19,152 bases of DNA. Source: Utricularia gibba (taxonomy: Eukaryota > Plantae > Magnoliophyta). Position 1 is the stretch's first letter. The number at the start of each line of letters is the position of its first letter. Of the stretch, positions 11,826-19,152 are shown piece by piece. The notes beneath the pieces are model-generated. The model searched no databases. It was not told where the DNA came from and was given only the letters and a program-made list of their open reading frames with translations. The translations under genes were made by a program, and so were the position numbers. The stretch is taken from positions 1-19,152 of the forward strand of contig NEEC01000248.1 in assembly GCA_002189035.1 (NCBI GenBank), written 5' to 3'.

Positions 11826-14800
11826 GTTGGGGTTTTAATTGGCTGCCTACATGGTTTCTCAAGGAAAAGCTTGTCGTTTTTGGGCGGTGATGTCGTTGTG
11901 AACTTCGTTCTGACCCAAGTTGGGTCTACTCGACGAAAATCGTGATGCACTTATTGAAGTTAGGATGTCATAAGCACCCAAAATGGTTTTCTCAACCGCA
12001 TGCTTTATATCTGAGGAGGCGCTCTCGTGGGGCAACGGTATCGAGAAGGAGGTCGAGTCGAGCTCGGGCCCATAGTCATTTGTAGCTCGGCAAAAAACTT
12101 GATGCATTTCTTAACGTTGGGTTTTAATTGGCTGCCTACATGGTTTCTCAAGGAAAAGCTTGTCGTTTTTGGGCGGTGATGTCGTTGTGATTCTGACCCA
12201 AGGTTCGGTCTGACTCCTTTGCGGGTCCTACTCGACGAAAATCGTGATGCACTTATTGAAGTTAGGATGTCATCACCCAAAATGGTTTTCTCAACCGCAT
12301 GCTTTATATCTGACGCTCTCGTGGGGCAACGGTATCGAGAAGGAGGTCGAGTCGAGCTCGGGCCCATAGTCATTTGTAGCTCGGCAAAAAACTTGATGCA
12401 TTTCTTAACGTTGGGTTTTAATTGGCTGCCTACATGGTTTCTCAAGGAAAAGCTTGTCGTTTTTGGGCGGGTGATGTCGTTGTGAACTTCGTTCTGACCA
12501 AGGTTCGGTCTGACTCCTTTGCCACATCGGGTTACTCGACGAAAATCGTGATGCACTTATTGAAGTTAGGATGTCACACCCAAAATGGTTTTCTCAACCG
12601 CATGCTTTATATTGAGAGGCGCTCTCGTGGGGCAACGGTATCGAGAAGGAGGTCGAGTCGAGCTCGGGCCCATAGTCATTTGTGGCTCGGCAAAAAACTT
12701 GATGCATTTTTAACGTTGGGTTTTAATTGGCTGCCTACATGGTTTCTCAAGGAAAAGCTTGTCGATGTCGTTGTGAACTTCGTTCTGACGGTTCGGTCTG
12801 ACTCCTTTGCCACATCGGGTCTACTCGACGAAAATCGTGATGCACTTATTGAAGTTAGGATGTCATCACCCAAAATGGTTTTCTCAACCGCATGCTTTAT
12901 ATTGAGGAGGCGCTCTCGTGGGGCAACGGTATCGAGGGTCGAGTCGAGCTCGGGCCCATAGTCATTTGTGGGGCATGGGTTTTAATTGGCTGCCTACATG
13001 GTTTCTCAAGGAAAAGCTTGTCGTTTTTGGGCGATGTCGAGTTAAACGTTGAACTTCGTTGGCTGACCGGTTCAAATGGACTCCTTTTCTTAACATTTGG
13101 GTTTTAATTGGCTGCCTACATGGTTTCTCAAGGAAAAGCTTGTCGTTTTTGGGCGGGTGATGTCGTTGTGAACTTCGTTCTGACCCAAGGTTCGGTCTGA
13201 CTCCTTTGCCACATCGGTCCTACTCGACGAAAATCGTGATGCACTTATTGAAGTTAGGATGTCATAGCACCCAAAATGGTTTTCTCAACCGCATGCTTTA
13301 TAAGGAGGCGCTCTCGTGGGGCAACGGTATCGAGAAGGAGGTCGAGTCGAGCTCGGGCCATAGTCATTTGTAGCTCGGCAAAAATTGATGCATTTCTTAA
13401 CGTTGGGTTTTAATTGGCTGCCTACATGGTTTCTCAAGGAAAAGCATGTCGTTGTGAACTTCGTTCTGACCCAAGGTTCGGTCTGACTCCTTTCCACATC
13501 GGGTCTACTCGACGAGTGATGCACTTATTGAAGTTAGGATGTCATAAGCACCAAAATGGTTTTCTCAACCGCATGCTTTATATTGAGGAGGCGCTCTCGT
13601 GGGGCAACGGTATCGAGAAGGAGGTCGAGTCGAGCTCGGGCCCATAGTCATTTGTAGCTCGGCAAAAAACTTGATGCATTTCTTAACGTTGGGTTTTAAT
13701 TGGCTGCCTACATGGTTTTCAAGGAAAAGCTTGTCGTTTTTGGCGGGTGATGTCGTTGTGAACTTCGTTCTGACCAAGGTTCGGTCTGACTTTTGCCACA
13801 TCGGGTCCTACTCGACGAAAATCGTGATGCACTTATTGAAGTTAGGATGTCATGAGCACCCAAAATGGTTTTCTCAACCGCATGCTTTATAACGCTCTCG
13901 TGGGGCAACGGTATCGCGAGTCGAGCTCGGCCCATAGTCATTTGTGCTCGGCAAAAAACTTGATGCATTTTTAACGTTGGGTTTTAATTGGCTGCCTACA
14001 TGGTTTCTCAAGGAAAAGCTTGTCGTTTTTGGGCGGGTGATGTCGTTGTGAACTTCGTTCTGACCCAAGGTTCGGTCTGACTCCTTTGCACATCGGGTCC
14101 TACTCGACGAAAATCGTGATGCACTTATTGAAGTTAGGATGTCATAAGCACCCAAAATGGTTTTCTCAACCGCATGCTTTATATCTGAGGAGGCGCTCTC
14201 GTGGGGCAACGGTATCGAGAAGGAGGTCGAGTCGAGCTCGGGTCATTTGTAGCTCGGCAAAAAACTTGATGCATTTCTTAACGTTGGGTTTTAATTGGCT
14301 GCCTACATGGTTTCTCAAGGAAAATGTCGTTGTGAACTTCGTTCTGACCCAAGGTTTCTGACTACATCGGGTCCTACTCGACGAAAATCGTGATGCACTT
14401 ATTGAAGTTAGGATGTCATAAGCACCCAAAATGGTTTTCTCAACCGCATGCTTTATATCTGAGGAGGCGCTCTCGTGGGGCAACGGTATCGAGAAGGAGG
14501 TCGAGTCGAGCTCGGGCCCATAGTCATTTGTGCTCGGCAAAAAACTTGATGCATTTCTTAACGTTGGGTTTTAATTGGCTGCCTACATGGTTTCTCAAGG
14601 AAAAGCTTGTCGTTTTTGGGCGGGTGATGTCGTTGTGAACTTCGTTCTGACCCAAGGTTCGGTCTGACTCCTTTGCCACATCGGGTCCTACTCGACGAAA
14701 TCGTGATGCACTTATTGAAGTTAGGATGTCATGAGCACCCAAAATGGTTTTCTCAACATGCTTTATATTGAGGAGGCTCTCGTGGGGCAACGGTATCGAG

Positions 14801-15304
14801 AAGGAGGTCGAGTCGAGCTCGGGCCCATAGTCATTTGTAGCTCGGCAAAAAACTTGATGCATTTCTTAACGTTGGTTTTAATTGGCTGCCTACATGGTTT
14901 CTCAAGGAAAAGCTTGTCGTTTTTGGGCGGGTGATGTCGTTGTGAACTTCGTTCTGACCCAAGGTTCGGTCTGACTCCTTTGCCACATCGGGTCCTACTC
15001 GACGAAAATCGTGATGCACTTATTGAAGTTAGGATGTCATAAGCACCCAAAATGGTTTTCTCAACCGCATGCTTTATATCGGAACGGTATCGTCTCTCGT
15101 GTCCTCGGCAAAAAACTTGATGCATTTCTTAACGTTGGGTTTTAATTGGCTGCCTACATGGTTTCTCAAGGAAAAGCTTGTCGTTTTTTGGGCGGGTGAT
15201 GTCGTTGTGAACTTCGTTCTGACCCAAGGTTCGGTCTGACTCCTTTGCCACATCGGGTCCTACTCGACGAAATCGTGATGCACTTATTGAAGTTAGGATG
15301 TCAT

Positions 15305-15760
15305 CACCCCAAAATACGCTTCGTTATCTCAAATAGCATTTAAAATTGATTGAATTGGCTGCCTACATGGTTTCTCAAGGAAAAGCTTGTCGGGTGATGT
15401 CGTTGGGGGGTGAGTCGAGTGCTTCGTGGTGGGCAACGGTATCTCGAGTCGAGCTTAGTGTGCTCGGCAAAAAACTTGATGCATTTCTTAACGTTGGGTT
15501 TTAATTGGCTGCTACTACAAAAAGGAAATTCGTTGCAGTTAGGATGTCATAAGCACCCAAAATTTTTCTCAACCGCATGGCGGTGTTTTTTGGTAACTTC
15601 GTTCTGACCTCAAGGTTGTCGTTCTGATGTCCTTCCTGACGGTTCGGTCTGACTCCTTTGCCACATCGGGTCCTACTCGACGAAAATCGTGATTTATTGA
15701 AGTTAGGATGTCACGGTTTTCTCAAATGCTTTATATCTAAGGCGTCTCGTCTTCAACGGT
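15305..15760. other. Longest scrambled or degraded segment of the array
   Basis: Contains only fragments of the monomer with substitutions and jumps; no foreign sequence is recognisable. Confidence 0.8.
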
Positions 15761-18700
15761 TGATGGTTGGGTTTTAATTGGCTGCCTACATGGTTTCTCA
15801 AGGAAAAGCTTGTCGTTTTTGGGCGGGTGATGTCGTTGTGAACTTCGTTCTGACCCAAGGTTCGGTCTGACTCCTTTGCCACATCGGGTCCTACTCGACG
15901 AAAATCGTGATGCACTTATTGAAGTTAGGATGTCATGAGCACCAAAATGGTTTTCTCAACCGCATGCTTTATATTGAGGAGGCGCTCTCGTGGGGCAACG
16001 GTATCGAGAAGGAGGTCGAGTCGAGCTCGGGCCCATAGTCATTTGTGGCTCGGCAAAAAACTTGATGCATTTCTTAACGTTGGGTTTTAATTGGCTGGGT
16101 TTCTCAAGGAAAAGCTTGTCGTTTTTGGGCGGGTGATGTCGTTGTGAACTTCGTTCTGACCCAAGGTTCGGTCTGACTCCTTTTTCCACATCGGGTCCTA
16201 CTCGACGAAAATCGTGATGCACTTATTGAAGTTAGGATGTCATAAGCACCCAAAATGGTTTTCTCAACCGCATGCTTTATATCTGAGGAGGCGCTCTCGT
16301 GGGGCAACGGTATCGAGAAGGAGGTCGAGTCGAGCTCGGGCCCATAGTCATTTGTAGCTCGGCAAAAAACTTGATGCATTTCTTAACGTTGGGTTTTAAT
16401 TGGCTGCCTACATGGTTTCTCAAGGAAAAGCTTGTCGTTTTTGGGCGGGTGATGTCGTTGTGAACTTCGTTCTGACCCAAGGTTCGGTCTGACTCCTTTT
16501 CGGGTCCTACTCGACGAAAATCGTGATGCACTTATTGAAGTTAGGATGTCATAGCACCCAAAATGGTTTTCTCAACCGCATGCTTTATATGAGGAGGCGC
16601 TCTCGTGGGGCAACGGTATCGAGAAGGAGGTCGAGTCGAGCTCGGGCCCATAGTCATTTGTAGCTCGGCAAAAAACTTGATGCATTTCTTAACGTTGGGT
16701 TTTAGGCTGCCTACATGGTTTCTCAAGGAAAAGCTTGAAGCACCCAAAACGGGTTTTCGTTTTACCGGTTTTCTCAACCGCATGCTTTATATTTGTCTCG
16801 TGGGGCAACGGTATCGAGCAGGAGTCGAGCTCGGGCCATAGTCATTTGTAGCTCGGCAAAAACTTGATGCATTGTTGGCTGCCTACATGGTTTCTCAAGG
16901 AAAAGCTTGTCGTTTTTGGGCGGGTGATGTCGTTGTGAACTTCGTTCTGACCCAAGGTTCGGTCTGACTCCTTTGCCACATCGGGTCCTACTCGACGAAA
17001 ATCGTGATGCACTTATTGAAGTTAGGATGTCATAAGCACCCAAAATGGTTTTCTCAACCGCATGCTTTATATTGAGGAGGCGCTCTCGTGGGGCAACGGT
17101 ATCGAGAAGGAGGTCGAGTCGAGCTCGGGCCCATAGTCATTAACTCGGGGTTTTAATTGGCTGCCTACATGGTTTGGAAAAGCTTGTCGTTTTGGGCGGG
17201 TGATGTCGTTGTGAACTTCGTTCTGACCCAAGGTTCGGTCTGACTCCTTTGCCACATCGGGTCTACTCGACGAAAATTTAATTGGCTGCACTACATGGAA
17301 GTTCTCAAGGATGAAAGCTGAGCACGTTCAAAATTTGTTTTCGCGGGTGATGTCGTTGTGATGCTTTACTTCGTTCTGACCCAAGTTCGGTCTGACTCCT
17401 TTTTCCACATCGGTCTACTCGACGAAAATCGTGATGCACTTATTGAAGTTAGGATGTCATAAGCACCCAAAATGGTTTTCTCAACCGCATGCTTTATATT
17501 GAGGAGGCGCTCTCGTGGGGCAACGGTATCGAGAAGGAGGTCGAGTCGAGCTCGGGCCCATAGTCATTTGTGCTCGGCAAAAACTTGATGCATTTCTTAA
17601 CGTTGGGAGCTTTCGGGCCCATACTACATCATCTCGTGTGGCAAGCGGTGTCGTTTTGCGATTTGTCTTAACGAACTTCGTTGGTTTTAATTGGCTGCCT
17701 ACATGGTTTCTCAAGGAAAAGCTTGTCGTTTTTGGGCGGGTGATGTCGTTGTGAACTTCGCCTGACCGACGAAAATCGGATTCGCACCCAAAATGGTCTG
17801 ATGCTTTATATCCGCTCTCGTGGGGCCGGTATCGGGTGAACTCGACGAAATCGTGAGCACTTATTGAAGTTAGTCATAAGCACGGCTCAAATGCTTTAAT
17901 CTGACTTCGAACGGTGCGAGTTTAGTCTTTGTGCTCGGCAAAAAACTTGATGCATTTCTTAACGTTGGGTTTTAATTGGCTGCCTACATGGTTTCTCAAG
18001 GAAAAGCTTGTCGTTTTTGGGCGGGTGATGTCGTTGTGAACTTCGTTCTGACCCAAGGTTCGGTCTGACTCCTTTTTCCACATCGGGTCCTACTCGACGA
18101 AATCGTGATGCACTTATTGAAGTTAGGATGTCATAAGCACCAAAATGGTTTTCTCAACCGCATGCTTTATATTGAGGAGGCGCTCTCGGGCAACGGTATC
18201 GAGAAGGAGGTCGAGTCGAGCTCGGCCATAGTCATTTGTGGCTCGGCAAAAACTTGATGCATTTTTAACGTTGGGTTTTAATTGGCTGCCTACATGGTTT
18301 CTCAAGAAAAGCTTGTCGTTTTTGGGCGGGTGATGTCGTTGTGAACTTCGTTCTGACCCAAGTTCGGTCTGACTCCTTTGCCACATCGGGTCCTACTCGA
18401 CGAAAATCGTGATGCACTTATTGAAGTTAGGATTCATAAGCACCCAAAATGGTTTTCTCAACCGCATGCTTTATATCTGAGGAGGCGCTCTCGTGGGGCA
18501 ACGGTATCGAGAAGGAGGTCGAGTCGAGCTCGGGCCCATAGTCATTTGTAGCTCGGCAAAAAACTTGATGCATTTCTTAACGTTGGGTTTTAATTGGCTG
18601 CCTACATGGTTTCTCAAGGAAAAGCTTGTCGTTTTTGGGCGGGTGATGTCGTTGTGAACTTCGTTCTGACCCAAGGTTCGGTCTGACTCCTTTGCCACAT

Positions 18701-19152
18701 CGGGTCCTACTCGACGAAAATCGTGCTGCACTTATTGAAGTTAGGATGTCATGAGCACCCAAAATGGTTTTCTCAACCGCATGCTTTATATTTGAGGAGG
18801 CGCTCTCGTGGGGCAACGGTATCGAGAAGGAGGTCGAGTCGAGCTCGGGCCCATAGTCATTTGTGCTCGGCAAAAAACTTGATGCATTTCTTAACGTTGG
18901 GTTTTAATTGGCTGCCTACATGGTTTCTCAAGGAAAAGCTTGTCGTTTTTGGGCGGGTGATGTCGTTGTGAACTTCGTTCTGACCAAGGTTCGGTCTGAC
19001 TCCTTTGCCACATCGGGTCCTACTCGACGAAAATCGTGCTGCACTTATTGAAGTTAGGATGTCATGAGCACCCAAAATGGTTTTCTCAACCGCATGCTTT
19101 ATATTTGATAAGGCGCTCTCGTGGGGCAACGTATCGAGCAGGTGGTCGAGTC

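Larger units (their letters stand above)
1..19152. repeat. Tandem array (satellite-like) of a ~315-bp unit, ~62 recognisable head-to-tail copies plus partial copies; runs off both window ends
   Basis: The motif gatgcacttattgaagttaggatgtc (or a degraded form) recurs 62 times in one orientation. Hand consensus, 315 nt: tctgactcctttgccacatcgggtcctactcgacgaaaatcgtgatgcacttattgaagttaggatgtcatRagcacccaaaatggttttctcaaccgcatgctttatatYtgaggaggcgctctcgtggggcaacggtatcgagaaggaggtcgagtcgagctcgggcccatagtcatttgtRgctcggcaaaaaacttgatgcatttcttaacgttgggttttaattggctgcctacatggtttctcaaggaaaagcttgtcgtttttgggcgggtgatgtcgttgtgaacttcgttctgacccaaggttcgg. No unique flanking sequence is present. The family was not recognised. 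Confidence 0.99.

Noticed and set aside
209-19129. ORF-track entries as real CDSs
   Set aside because: All are re-translations of the same 315-bp unit stitched by indels; none resembles a protein family I know.
1-19152. CRISPR array
   Set aside because: There are no unique spacers; the whole 315-bp period repeats, and no cas gene is present.
1-19152. DRT2/neo-type concatemeric cDNA with a never-ending ORF
   Set aside because: Every frame of the consensus has at least one stop per unit, the unit is far longer than the ~120-bp DRT2 repeat, copies are heterogeneous, and no RT locus is visible.

Overview
The whole window is one uninterrupted head-to-tail tandem array of a ~315-bp unit, about 48% GC by hand count. 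I count 62 recognisable copies plus a few partial ones, all on the same strand. I recognise no gene, RNA gene, mobile element or CRISPR array; the ORF track only re-translates the repeat through frameshifts. Copy differences are mostly homopolymer indels and net deletions (mean period ~308 bp over the first 11 kb), which looks like noisy long-read data or a poorly polished consensus. Under that noise there is real structure. (i) The 315-mer is a diverged dimer of ~157-bp halves. (ii) Linked substitutions define at least two monomer variants. (iii) The variants are locally periodic: a 3-copy higher-order repeat at 1-4.2 kb and a 2-copy alternation at 7.1-9.5 kb. The best reading is a genomic satellite DNA array of an unidentified, probably eukaryotic, organism rather than a clonal rolling-circle copy of one 315-nt circle. 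A 103-codon ORF filling almost exactly one period of the minus strand is noted as a weaker alternative lead. All counts and alignments were done by eye.
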